Origin: Octopus sinensis
Taxonomy: Eukaryota
Assembly: GCF_006345805.1 (NCBI RefSeq)
Contig: NC_043008.1
Span: 51,088,001-51,152,000, forward strand
Direction of reading: 5' to 3'
DNA: 64,000 bases
Part shown: piece by piece, positions 40,626-53,630 of the stretch
Layout of the letters: every line of letters begins with the position of its first letter
Numbering within the stretch: the first letter of the stretch is position 1
Translations under genes and position numbers: made by a program
The notes under the pieces: generated by a model
The model's database searches: none
Told to the model about the DNA's origin: nothing
What the model saw: the letters and a program-made list of their open reading frames with translations, nothing else

Positions 40626-41632
40626 TTTCGTTCCAGCACAAGATCTCGGATCAGGTCACTTGCTATGCAAGTACATCTCCGTAAATAAATAAAAAGAATA
40701 TTTCAGAAAAAATCACTCTGTGATCTATATATCAATAGGTTGTGACTCCCGGAAGCTTTAATCGCTTTAATGCACTAAAAACTTACTTTCCTGCATTTGC
40801 GCTGCTGAAATTGAACAGCGTTGTACCAGGCTGAAAGAAGGGTCTCTTAGTAATAAGAAACGGGTCAACTAGAACTACACAAAACCTCAAAAGTTACACA
40901 GCAATTCAGAATAGTGAGTACCATCGCTCCCCTGGGATGGACAAATTTTTGCATTTTATAATTCTTTCTACAATAATCACAAGGCCTGCCATTTGCGGAA
41001 GTGGATTACTCGATTACATTGATACCAGTCCTGAACTGGTACTAATCTCATTGGCCCCGAAACGATGAGAGTTAAAGACCACCATGCTGGAGCAACCTCA
41101 CTGTACGGGTTACTGCATTGTTGTGTTTTCGCTTCCAGCGCAATACTAGTAATAAATGCCCAGGCCTAAACATCGATGGTTCAAATTCCGTCAACTGCAA
41201 CTATCTTCACAGCTCAACATTTCTATGTCATCAAATACGGTGATATACACTGCTGTAATCTGGTTGTCAGACGAACAAACGAGTGCACAATGTCCGAAAC
41301 TAGATCGGGTAGAAAGAAGGTGGTAGGTTAATTAGTCTAGATTAGCATATTTGTTATAATCTGTGATCGATAATCTGGTTAGTCGGATTTGCTAATCAGC
41401 AAACTACATCTGACACAACATGACCTAAGAAAGTTAAACAAGATGGTGGACGCATTAAATATTGTCTGATGTGTGTATGTGTGTGCATGCTTTTGAATGT
41501 GTATGTCATTGGGTGTATATAAGTAGGTATGTGTGCCCTTGTACGCTAAGTACGCTTCTGCTATTATATAACACACACACATGCGCACATGCACGCATAT
41601 ATATATGTATTATATATATATATATATGCATA

Positions 41633-41755
41633 GGCGTAGGAGAGGCTGTGTGATAAGTAGCTTGCTTACGAACCACATGGTTCCGGGTTCACTCCCACTG
41701 CGTGGCACCTTGGGCAAGTGTCTTCTACTATAGCCTCGGGTTGACCAAGGCCTTT
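41633..41755 (+). mobile_element. SINE family A (5' part)
   Basis: ggcgtaggagaggctgtgtg...ggcaccttgggcaagtgtcttc. Confidence 0.85.
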
Positions 41756-42239
41756 ATATATATAAACAAACTAATACCGGTTGTCAAGTAGTGGTGAAGA
41801 GCAGAGTGTAGTAGTTTCGTGATTCTTATTTAGAAATTTAAACACACATGCACACGCACTCGCAAAATAAAACATGTATGCGTATCTTTCGGCGCATGCA
41901 TTCATACATAAACATATATACGTATGTATGTACATGTATGTATATATATACACACATGTATAAACATATATTTACACACCTACACAAACAGCCCCCCCCC
42001 ACGCACATATACGTAACACAAGCCTCATCAAATCCAAAACGAAAAACATTATCGCCCTCTTAAAGGTGGATATTTCGTTAGAACCCACAACACTTTGCTA
42101 TTTACCCATACGTTTTTGCGGTGCGTAAAAACACTTCATATTTTACATCGCCAACAGCAGACGATCACCGCCACTATAATACATGCATTTATATATATAT
42201 ATATAATTATATATATATATATATATATATACATATATA

Positions 42240-42790
<551 letters not shown>

Positions 42791-43480
42791 AAAAAGAATA
42801 TGTATGTATGTATATGTATGTATATGCATCATTTTGTGTATAAAAGTGTGTAGCGTGTCTAACGTTTGTTCTATTACGTGAAACTGAATGAATGCCTGGT
42901 ATTCTAATCAGACAGGTGTCCGATGGGATTATGTCAAAGCTGTCAGGTAAAAACTCGAAACATTGATAAGAATTCTAATAAAGACTGAAAGAATCACCGT
43001 AGCAAACGACACGATTGGAAGACAATAAGAGATAAGAAAATGAAGGAGAATTAATGGTGGGGCGGGGGGGTGCAAAAAGAGAGAATGCGGGAGACAGAGT
43101 GAGGGAGATGGAGGGAAGGAAGGAGGAAATTGGGAAGAGGGGGGATGAGAGGTAAGTAAGGAAATTTAAATGCAAATGAAAGAATGCAGGAGAATGGAGC
43201 GCAAAGATTGTTGGATTGGAACTACTGAAGAAAATGGTAGAACTCGTGACAAGACTTTGCGCTTTTTATGTTTTGATGATGCTTAATGAGGCGTAAACTG
43301 GAGACAGATATGAAAAGATGCACTCTAAATGCATCGTAATTAGAGAGAAAACCAAATAAATGAGCTGGATTTTGACCTGGGAGGATACAGCTTATAAAAC
43401 TGGATAGGGTTCTATTTCTGTTTTTAATATTAAAAGGTGTGTGAATACGGTAGACAGAAGCTCCTTGTGTGTGTGTGTCT

Positions 43481-43540
43481 GTGTATATAGACGTGAGTGT
43501 GTGTATATGGACGTGAGTGTGTGTATATAGACGTGAGTGT
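43481..43540. repeat. 20-bp tandem repeat x3 (GTGTATATAGACGTGAGTGT)
   Basis: Directly visible at the 5' edge of a SINE. Confidence 0.9.
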
Positions 43541-44285
43541 GTGGTTATGTGGTAAGTAGCTTGCCTACCAACCACATGGTTCCGGGTTCAGTCCCACAGC
43601 GTGGCACCTTGGGCAAGTGTTTTCTACTATATCCTCGGGCCGACCAAAGCCTTGTGAGTGGATTTGGTAGACGGAAACTGAAAGAAGCCCGTCGTATATG
43701 TGTATATATATATGTGTGTGGAGGCGCAATGGCCCAGTGGACACGCGGTCGTAGGATCGCGGTTTCAATTCCCAGACCGGGCGTTGTGAGTGTTTATTGA
43801 GCAAAAACACCTAAAGCTCCACGAGGCTCCGGTAGGGGGAGGTGGCGATCACTGCTGTACTCTTTCGCCACAACTTTCTCTCTCTCTTTCTTCTGTTGGC
43901 CTGCTCGCTTGGCCAGCGGGGTGGCGTAATTTGAAGACTACAGCAATGCGAAGCGCATTGTGACCAGCGGTGTTTAGCAACGTCTGATAGCCTGGTCGGT
44001 CACGTTATCACGTGATATATATATATGTGTGTATATGTGTGTGTTGTGTGTGTATGTATGCGTGTGTGTATGTTTTTGTGTTTGTGTTTGTCCCCCCAAC
44101 ATCCCTTGACAACCGATGATGGTGTGTTTACGTCCCCATAACTTAGCGGTTCGGCAAAAGAGACCGATAGAATAAGTACTAGGCTTACAAAAGAATAAGT
44201 TCTGGGGTCGATTTGCTCGACTAAAGGCGGTGCTCCAGCATGGCCACAGTCAAATGACCGAAACAAGTAAAAGAGTAAAAGAGAG
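43541..44285 (+). mobile_element. SINE family A carrying a nested SINE in its internal microsatellite
   Basis: Head to gtcgtata at about 43697; tail resumes at about 44085. Confidence 0.9.
43720..44015 (+). mobile_element. tRNA-derived SINE, family D (nested)
   Basis: ggaggcgcaatggcccagtgg A box, ggtttcaattccc B box, ends ggtcacgttatcacgtga(ta)n. Confidence 0.8.
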
Positions 44286-44636
44286 CAAAGAGAGAATCCC
44301 TACTGAGATTGATGGTAACAACTGATGATTCAGAGATTTTCTTTCCGAATTCGTGTCGTGGTGTTCATGCCTCGTCTTAACGCTCATATAAACATTTAAC
44401 TATATAAGAATGCAGATCCGTAAAGTTGTTTTGTTATGAAATATTGCTGCTGCTCTCCATTATTATTCAAATAAATCGATAAATTTGATTTAGCCAATGT
44501 CAACTAGAAATATATTTCTGTTGACAGTGGGTTTATAATGGCAGATTAAAATGGTTGCGGGGAAAGGGGTTGTTTGTTTATTTGCACGGTTGCCTAGTCG
44601 GCTGGACGTATTTTTATTTTGCATTAATCCATGTAT

Positions 44637-44685
<49 letters not shown>

Positions 44686-44899
44686 GGCGTGTATAGGTCT
44701 GTAAGTATGTAATTTTCTGCTTCCCCAAAATTTGCTTTTAATGGAAAGTATAGACAATTATAATACACACATACGCACACAAATATATATATATATACCT
44801 CCATATATATATATGCTCACATATACTCTCTCTTTCTCTCTCTCTCTCACGTGTACACATACATACATACATACATACATACATACTTATAAACACTGA

Positions 44900-45092
44900 T
44901 TTCAAATTTAGACACAAGACCAGCATTTCGTGGGAGGGGTAAATCGACCCCAGTGGTCAACTGGTACTTATTTTATCGATCCTGAAACGATGAAAGGCAG
45001 ATGAAACCACGGTGGCATTTGAACTCAGAACCTAAAGACGGACGAATTGCCTCTAAGCATTTTGTCCGGCGTGCTAATGCTACTACCGCCTT
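44900..45092 (-). mobile_element. SINE family B
   Basis: ctggtacttattttatcgatcctgaaacgatgaaaggc...tttgaactcagaacc. Confidence 0.75.
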
Positions 45093-45300
45093 TATATACT
45101 CTTAAATATTTAATGCTCAGACACCATAAGTGCCTGAGGTTTCAGTTCTTACTGTTGCAGTTGAGACCAATCTTCATATTTGTTAATTTTGTGATGTTGT
45201 TGCTGTTTGTAGCCAATGATGCGGTTGTGGGTTAGCGCTGGTGTCCACAATTTTATCTTCTCTCAGTAACACACGTGAAAATAAATGTAATCCAAGGTGA

Positions 45301-45539
45301 TAGATTGGCATATTTCGGTCATATTATGCGGAGAAAATCCCTGGAGAAGGACATCATGCTCGGAATGGTCAGTGGCAAGAGAAGAAGAGGCCGACTAAGA
45401 ACCCGCTGGCTTGACACCATCAAGAGGGATACCGGAATGGACATAGCCATTTTGAAGGAAGCGGCCCAGGATAGAACTGACTGGAGGACACTGATCCAAC
45501 GAGTGACAGAGAGTCGACTTCGACTGAGCGGATAGAGAG
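45301..45539 (+). mobile_element. 5'-truncated RTE/BovB LINE 3' end with 7-bp TSD
   Basis: RLAYFGHIMRRKSLEKDIMLGMVSGKRRRGRLRTRWLDTIK...AAQDRTDWR...VTESRLRL is the classic BovB C-terminus. AAGGTGA at 45294-45300 and 45540-45546. Confidence 0.92.
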
Positions 45540-45599
45540 AAGGTGAAGACTGAAATTCTTGTTCAGAGTCGAGAAAGTAAACACAAACACTGATATTTC

Positions 45600-45812
45600 T
45601 TTCTACTACAGCCACAAGGACTTAAATGTTGGGGAGAAGGGAACTAATCGATTACGTCGGCCCCAATGCTCGGCTGGCACTTATTTTATCGACCGCGAAA
45701 TGATGAAAGGCAAAACTGGCTTCGGCAGAATTTGAACTCACACCATAAAGCCGAATACAATGGAGCTGCGCATTTTTCGCTCGTCTGCCAAGAATTCTGC
45801 CATCTCGCCCTC
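45600..45812 (-). mobile_element. SINE family B (diverged)
   Basis: ttattttatcgaccgcgaaatgatgaaaggcaaa...aatttgaactcac. Confidence 0.7.
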
Positions 45813-46511
45813 TTCAAATAAAAGTCTATTTACTGTCGCGCCTTCGTTGGACTCTGTAATACCGGGTATAAAATGTAATTAGATGGTCAAGACTAAAACG
45901 CCATTGATCAATTTTATGTTCGATTAGAGCTAACAGCAACAATAACAACACCATCCACACCAACCAGGAAAAGTAAAAGCCTCTACATGGCTTTCATATT
46001 GCTAGAAATAACTACCAATTCTCTCCCATATCACCCCTTACCTTATAACGGCAAACAAAAGACTTATTAAATAATATATGAACCAAAAAGACATTTAATA
46101 TGCTACGACGCACAATTTATATATCCAAGATCCCCGGTAATTACAGGTATTATTCTAAGGTCAAAATCTGAATGATTTAGAGGCAAGGTTCTCATTAATT
46201 CAGAGTTTTGTTTTTCACTAATATTTACACAAAAGTTTTAGCATCTGCTCGGCTCAGCGACCGATTTACACATCTGTGCGAAGACGTCTATCCTCAAACC
46301 TAGTTAATTATGTATGTGTATGTGCATGGGCACTTGAATGTGCGTATGTGTGAGTGTGCATATACGTGTGTGTGTGTGTGTGTGTGTGTGTGAGTGTGCA
46401 AACATGCATGAATGCATGCACACATATTCATACATATACATACAGGGAAGTAACGCAAATATCTCCCACTCTCTCTTTTCTCTCTCCCCCTCTCCTCCTC
46501 TCTCTACACAC

Positions 46512-46545
<34 letters not shown>

Positions 46546-46828
46546 ACACAAATATTGCATTTGTATTTGGTTTGCAAGATTCTTGACGTGCACTCGAGTG
46601 CTGCAACCGACCTAAAGCTGGTCTGAAGTAGAGAAGTCTTGTCGTAGAAGAGGTTTCGAATGGCGATGGAAAGCCTTTGACAAACACAACAGACTGATTG
46701 ATTGATTTACCAACCGATTAATCAAACAATCGATTAGTCATCGGCTTAAATAGCTGATCGATTGACGAATTAGAAAGAAGTGAAGTAGAAGTTGTTCGTG
46801 CATTTAATATTAGCATTATTAAAGATAC

Positions 46829-46891
<63 letters not shown>

Positions 46892-46995
46892 GACACACAC
46901 ACACACACACACACACGAACACGCACACATACATTGTTAATGTTGGTTTTATGTTCAATTATAATGGTTTCGAAATTTGCCACAAGGGCAGCCAT

Positions 46996-47080
46996 TTTGG
47001 AGAGAGCGGATGTTCAAATGGTACTTTGGGAGAGCGGATGTTCAAATGGTACTTTGGGAGAGCGGATGTTCAAATGGTAC
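46996..47080. repeat. 28-bp tandem repeat x3 inside a SINE family B remnant
   Basis: TTTGGGAGAGCGGATGTTCAAATGGTAC at about 46996, 47025 and 47053. Confidence 0.9.
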
Positions 47081-47549
47081 TTAATTTCTAGACCCCGAAA
47101 AAATGAAAGGTAAAGTCAAACTCGGCGGGGAGATTTTCCAATTTTGGGCAATGGAAAATGAAAACTTCACCATGGGTATGGTAAAGTGGTATATTTCCTT
47201 CATTTCAGTGACATCTAGGGTGTTAATAGACAAATATTTCCAATGGTTACCTGTGTATCACATATTTCCACTTTTTATAGCCTCGAAACTCATCTTTACT
47301 TATAAAAAGCTGATGTCCTAATTACCTGACAGGTTGTGCGAATGACAACAAGGGAAAATGTCATCCCCATAGACCCAGGAACAATATGGTACCATCAAAC
47401 TAAAGTTGCGGGGGGGGGGAATGCAACCAACTCAATAAATAAGGCGCTTTTTGGATTTGGCCCATCGACTAATATATATATGTATATATAAATAATAAAT
47501 ATATATATACATTCATATATATATATATAGATATATATATATATATATC

Positions 47550-47584
<35 letters not shown>

Positions 47585-47697
47585 CTATATATATATATAT
47601 ATATAACACGCCCACACAAACACACACACACCACAACCACACACGCGCGTATGACAAACGTATTTAACAATTACATACTTACATGCATACATATATA

Positions 47698-47757
<60 letters not shown>

Positions 47758-48001
47758 CAAGTAGACTTCGGCTTTTTCTGTTCACATAGTTTGTAACTGA
47801 ATACTTGCAAGCAATTATGTGTAGCTTTATCAGCTTCGAGATGCATCGTTTTGAAAACAACCAGATTACGTTCTCGAACTTTCTAAATACTTCTGACGTC
47901 AACAATAAATCTGTAATGTGTGTGCGCATATGTATTGCATATATATATATTATATATATATATATTATATATATATACATATATATATAATACATATATA
48001 C

Positions 48002-48038
<37 letters not shown>

Positions 48039-48465
48039 TACACACATATATATATGTGTGTGCATGTATATATGTGCATATATATACCCGAGGGTAAGGT
48101 GCATACGTTTAGCTGTGTGTGCACAAATAGATCTTCTGTACTTCTTTACTAGACAGCCAGCTACACAGTTCCCAACACAACACTGATTTTCGTTGCTGAA
48201 GTATGCCTAACATCCTCAACAGACAGTCAAATAATGAACACGCTTATAATAATATCTCACACAAACTTCTCACGTTTCATCTCTGCCCACTGAACATCTG
48301 GTATGTTTCTACGTGGCTAATATAGTTTCTCCACAAACTATATATATATATAAACAGAACGAGAACGAAAATAGAAATTCAAAATAATTACATCCTAAGA
48401 AAAGCACTGCCATCTTGAAAATACCTGATTCACTTAAAACATATTCAAAACAGAAATATTACAAA

Positions 48466-48853
48466 CTAGCAGTATCGCCCGGCGTTGCTCGGGTTTGTAA
48501 GGGAAATAACTATAAAGCATTTTTAGAGTTATAGCCAAAAAATAGCAAAAAAAGCAAGCATCAAAAATGGAAAAAATATGATGGTAAATTTTTTTTTAAA
48601 TCGTTGACTCATCGTAGACATTTTTAGAGAGTTACTTCCCTTTAAAAAAATATGCATTAAAATGGAAAAAAATGATTGTAAATTATTTTTTAAATCGTAG
48701 ATTCATCGTAGACGCGCGCTAATACCCAGAAGGGGTCGATATGAATCACGACTATAAGATAGCCGGTTTTGGTTAAACTGCACCGCAAAATGTGGGAGGA
48801 GTTAGGAATCTAAATCGGAGTAGACAGACACACAACCTTACTTTTATATAAAA
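48466..48853 (-). mobile_element. Non-autonomous Helitron, short copy
   Basis: Minus-strand 3' end CCCGagcaacgcCGGG hairpin, then CTAG|T. Confidence 0.8.
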
Positions 48854-49374
48854 CTAGCAATATCGCCCGGCGTTGCTCGGGTTTGTAAGGGAAATAACTA
48901 TATAAGCATTTTTAGAGAGTTACTTCCTTTATAGATGCCAATTCGGGCTTTCTTAGCCATTTCTGTTTTGGTGTCTTCAAGCCATGAAGTCGTTGTTCTA
49001 AAAGAATGCTGGTCTCCTTGACAACGCTTTACGACGTTGATTTCCTTAAAAACTCCCTTCCCCACAGCTTCACGAGGGAGGGAAGAAGGGGGAGAAGCAA
49101 ACACAGGTGCAGGTGTTTGAGCGTGAACGCCAACTCCGCCTCCATCGACACACGAAAAATTATGCATTAAAATGGAATAAAAAATGATGTTAAATTATTT
49201 TTAAAATCGTAGACTCATCGTAGACGCGCGCTAATAGCCAGACGGGCTTGATATTAATCACGACTATAAGATACCCGAATTTGGTTAAACTGCACCGCAA
49301 AATGTGGGAGGAGTTAGGAATCTAAATCGTAGGAGACAGACACTCACACAACTACAGTTTTATATATATATAGA
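48854..49374 (-). mobile_element. Non-autonomous Helitron, long copy
   Basis: A|TC 5' end at 49374, same 3' hairpin and CTAG|T at 48854, no TSD. Confidence 0.85.
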
Positions 49375-49391
49375 TGATTTAACAGACGCTT

Positions 49392-49580
49392 ACTCTTAGT
49401 CTTTTACTCTTTTACTTGTTTCAGTCATTTGAGTGCGGTCATGCTGGAGTACCGCCTTTAATCGAGCAACTCGACACCGGGACTTATTTTTTTGTAAGCC
49501 CGGTACTTATTCTATCGGTCTCTTTTGCCGAACCGCTAGGTAACGGGGACATAAACACACCAGTATCGGTTGCCAAGCAA
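49392..49580 (-). mobile_element. Duplicated 3' half of SINE family A
   Basis: Shares diagnostic ccgcctttaatcgagcaactcgac with the adjacent full copy. Confidence 0.85.
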
Positions 49581-49711
49581 TATATAATATTATATATATA
49601 TATATAATTATCAATATATATATAATATATATTATATATATATATATAATATCAATATATATATTAATATATATATATATATGTATGTATGTATGTGTTT
49701 ATACATGTATA

Positions 49712-50129
49712 CTCTTTTACTATTTTACTTGTTTCACTCATTTGACTGTGGCCATGCTGGAGCCACCGCCTTTAATCGAGCAACTCGACCCCGGGACTTA
49801 TTCTTTTGTAAGCCCAGTACATATTATATCGGCCTCTTTTGCCGAACCGCCTGGTAACGGGGACATAAACACACCAGCATCGGTTCTCAAGCAATGCTAG
49901 GGGGACAAACACTGACACACTCACACACACACGCATATATATATATATATATATTATACATATATACGACGGGTTTCTTTCAGTTTCCGTCTACCAAATC
50001 CACTCACAAGGCTTTGGTCGACCCGAGGCTATAGCAGAAGACACTTGCCCAAGATGCCACGCAGTGGGACTGAACGCGGAACCATGTGGTTGGTAAACAA
50101 GCTACTTACCACACAGCCACTCCTTCGCC
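49712..50129 (-). mobile_element. SINE family A, full length
   Basis: Reverse complement of the 22273 and 34053 layout. Confidence 0.95.
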
Positions 50130-50304
50130 TACCTTACATGACATAACGAATAACAAATAACATCCGTAACACTAAGTCCAACTTGCTCTTACTTCATGTC
50201 TCTGGCTGAGACTTGGAACAACTCTTACGAAACAGAGCAACAGCAACGTAAATATACAACAACAATAATAATAATAACAACAATAACGATAATAATCACA
50301 ATGT

Positions 50305-50515
50305 CAAATTTTGACACAAGGCCAGCAATTTGGGCCAAGTGTGTACGTCGATAACGTTTACCCCAGTAATCGCCTGGTGCTTATTTTATCGACCTCGAAA
50401 GGATAAAATGCAAAAGCAACCTCGGCGGGATTTGAACTTAGAACGCAAAGACGGACGAAATGCCGCTAAGCATTTAGCTCGACGTGGTAACGATTCTGGC
50501 AGCTCTCTGCTTTAT
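50305..50515 (-). mobile_element. SINE family B (diverged)
   Basis: ttattttatcgacctcgaaaggat...cctcggcgggatttgaact. Confidence 0.75.
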
Positions 50516-50560
50516 TAATAATAATATATACACATACATACAGACATATATATATATATG

Positions 50561-50632
<72 letters not shown>

Positions 50633-50649
50633 CCTACCTATCCATATAT

Positions 50650-50736
<87 letters not shown>

Positions 50737-50740
<4 letters not shown>

Positions 50741-50789
50741 ATATTTCGGAATGGTCATATTGCCAGTTTAGCCATTCCGAAATATAACA
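50737..50789. mobile_element. 53-bp TG...CA mini-element with 18-bp perfect terminal inverted repeats and ATAT flanks
   Basis: ATAT|TGTTATATTTCGGAATGG-17nt-CCATTCCGAAATATAACA|ATAT. Confidence 0.7.
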
Positions 50790-51020
50790 ATATCTGTTTC
50801 AAAACACCGACTTCACATAAAAAATCTTGCACAACAAATATTTAAACGTATATATACGTATATATATATATATTATATATATATATAATATATATATATT
50901 ATATATATGTACATATATATATATATATATATAAGAGTTAACACTTATATATATAGGATATATATATATTATATATATATATATATATGTCTGTATATAT
51001 GTATGTGTATATATATATAT

Positions 51021-51136
51021 ATCATAAGTTCACACGAATGCGCTTGCCTGCTAGATATAAGAGTTAAAACCTTCGTTCAAACGAGGGTGTTAGCTCTTAT
51101 ATCTAGCAAGCAGGCGCATTCGTGTGCTCTTATGAT
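51021..51136. repeat. 116-bp hairpin (56-bp arms, 7 differences, 4-nt loop), MITE-like
   Basis: atcataag..cacacgaatgcgc...tcgt tcaa acga...gcgcattcgtgtg..cttatgat. Confidence 0.85.
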
Positions 51137-51309
51137 TGATATAATTTTAATCCTATAGCTATATAATGCTATTTTAGGCCTGCAACCACCTATGTTAATG
51201 TTGATGCTATTATCAACTATTTATATTGCCTTCGATAATAATAACAATATTGATACTATATAAATATTCAATTCTGAATATTTACTCCTGATTGCCATGC
51301 ATATAAAGA

Positions 51310-51387
<78 letters not shown>

Positions 51388-51432
51388 GAGAGAGATAGTT
51401 AGATAGATAGATAGATAGATAGTTAGATAGAT

Positions 51433-51480
<48 letters not shown>

Positions 51481-51819
51481 TATGTATGTATATATAAATT
51501 GCCGTTTTCATTCAGAGAAAATGTTTTCATCTTTCGATTATGAAATCCAAATCCTCGACATTTTCACGTTAACACATTCCTTTCTGTGGTTGATAAATTA
51601 AAATACTACTCTAGTAGTGGCGGTCAATGTTATCGACTGAACCCTTCTCCAAAAAACTGAAGGTTATGTGGCAGAATTTGGAACCACGCCGAAGGCAAGA
51701 AAGGCAAATTGAACTCAGCGAAATTTAAACACAGCACAGAGACTAGGCAAATGCCGTAAGTATTTTGTACGACACGCTAACTATTCTACTATTTCCTTGC
51801 ATTCAATCAGAATAATAAT

Positions 51820-52033
51820 GGTTTCAAATCTTACCACAAGAGCAGGAGTTTTTGGAGTGGGATTGAGTCGATTACATTGACCTCGGTGTTCAACTGGTAC
51901 TTATTTTATCGACCCTGGAAGGATGAAAGGCAAAGTCGACCTCGGCAAAATTTGAACTCAGAACGTAGTGAAAAGCGAATTACCGCTAAGCATGTTGCCC
52001 GGCGTGATAACGATTCTGCCAGCCCACTCCCTT
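51820..52033 (-). mobile_element. SINE family B
   Basis: ctggtacttattttatcgaccctggaaggatgaaaggcaaagtcgacctcggc. Confidence 0.85.
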
Positions 52034-52061
52034 AACAACAACAACAACAACAACAACAATG

Positions 52062-52180
<119 letters not shown>

Positions 52181-52464
52181 TTTATTACTCTATAGCGATT
52201 AGATCTAACACTCCACTCATCCAAAATAATTATTATAGAATTACAAAGATTTCCTTAGCATGCATAATAATATTAATGTCCGAAGCACTAATTGGATTAA
52301 AGTTCTCCCAAATTCTAAAGCTCTGTGATTAACAAATCTATTCTTCTCGAGGTGATTGAGACGACCCTACCACCAATCCAATTCTATGATGCCTGTCGTT
52401 CTAAGCATCCATTTATTTATCTAAGATCTCTTGCGAAAGAGATAACAGAGGAACAAAAAGTTAC

Positions 52465-52700
52465 TAAACCTTGAAGATTAGATTCAGCAACATCTGTTAC
52501 GTTCGAACACTCAGAAAGACGTCTTTCCACCGCTTTATACAAATATATTTGGAGCTTAAAGAATAGTAATATTAACAATTATAAAATTGATTGATCCCTT
52601 ATAGAACACGCGTCCACCCTTGGAGATTTGTCACACTGAAGAATATAAACTCTTCTGTAACCTTTTGGAATCTGGAACAATGCCTCGAAAATGGTGAAAT
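52465..52700 (+). mobile_element. Degenerate Penelope-like element, C-terminal part of the GIY-YIG endonuclease
   Basis: LKIRFSN / VTFEHSERRLSTALYKYIWSLKNSNINNYKID*SLIEHA / ICHTEEYKL resembles the PLE pattern K.R..nH..sF....sT.LskyiW.LK...i.W.i...C.LC..Ek. Confidence 0.7.
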
Positions 52701-53220
52701 TATTATCAAAATTTATTGACTACATTCCAACTGGTAATTATGACAGTTTATTTCCTACATAAAGTAATTGCTATGCCCCAAAATATGATATAATTAACAA
52801 AAGTATTCATTTAGCACTAAAATAAGCACTTAGAATTAAAATGTCATTAGCAATACCAAGCTTACACATTTTTTTACGTGTAATCACTACATGTAATAAA
52901 GAAATAAATACAACACGTGATTTCATGCAAAAGCAGAAGAATCTGATGTTGTGTATACGACAATTCAGTCGACTGTATTTTCTAACGATATTTCCTTGTC
53001 CCCAAATCAAATCTTGGTATACTGTTGGCACTCCATATCTCGATGTGCTGAGAAATATTTTTGCCTCTAAATTTTTCAGCATAGGTCACAATTTTAATCG
53101 TTTGAATAATCAAAAAGTAAAACTCACTGTCATATTAAGAGAAATATTCGATTCTACACTAAAGTGGCATTTTCTAAGTACGGGGAGCATTAACTACACA
53201 CACACATACACACACATATG

Positions 53221-53251
<31 letters not shown>

Positions 53252-53308
53252 TATCATTCTTGTCGTTTTTAAAATTTCATTCGTTCTGCTTTCAATTACC
53301 ACGAATAA

Positions 53309-53630
53309 AGACTCCGCCGGTTACGACGACGAGGGTCCCAGCTGATACGATCAACGGAACAGCTTGCTCGTGAAATTAACGTGCAAATGGCTGAGCATTC
53401 CACAGACACGTGTACCCTTAACGTAGTTCTCGGGGATAATCAGCGTGACACAGAGAGTGACAAGGCTGACCCTTTGAAATACAAGTACAACTCATTTTTG
53501 CCAGCTGAGTGGACTGGAGCAACGTGAAATAAAGTGTCTTGCTCAAGGACACAACGCGTCGCCGGGAATCGAACTCACAACCTTACGATCATGAGCCGAA
53601 TGCCCTAACCACTAAGCCACGCGCCCTCAC
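53309..53630 (-). mobile_element. tRNA-derived SINE family C, full length, 11-bp TSD
   Basis: Head ggcgcgtggcttagtggttagg...gagttcgattccc, CORE-like gtccttgagcaagacac. ACCACGAATAA at 53298-53308 and 53631-53641. Confidence 0.92.

Noticed and set aside
46996-47080. 28-bp repeats as a CRISPR-like array
   Set aside because: No spacers; eukaryotic tandem duplication within a SINE.
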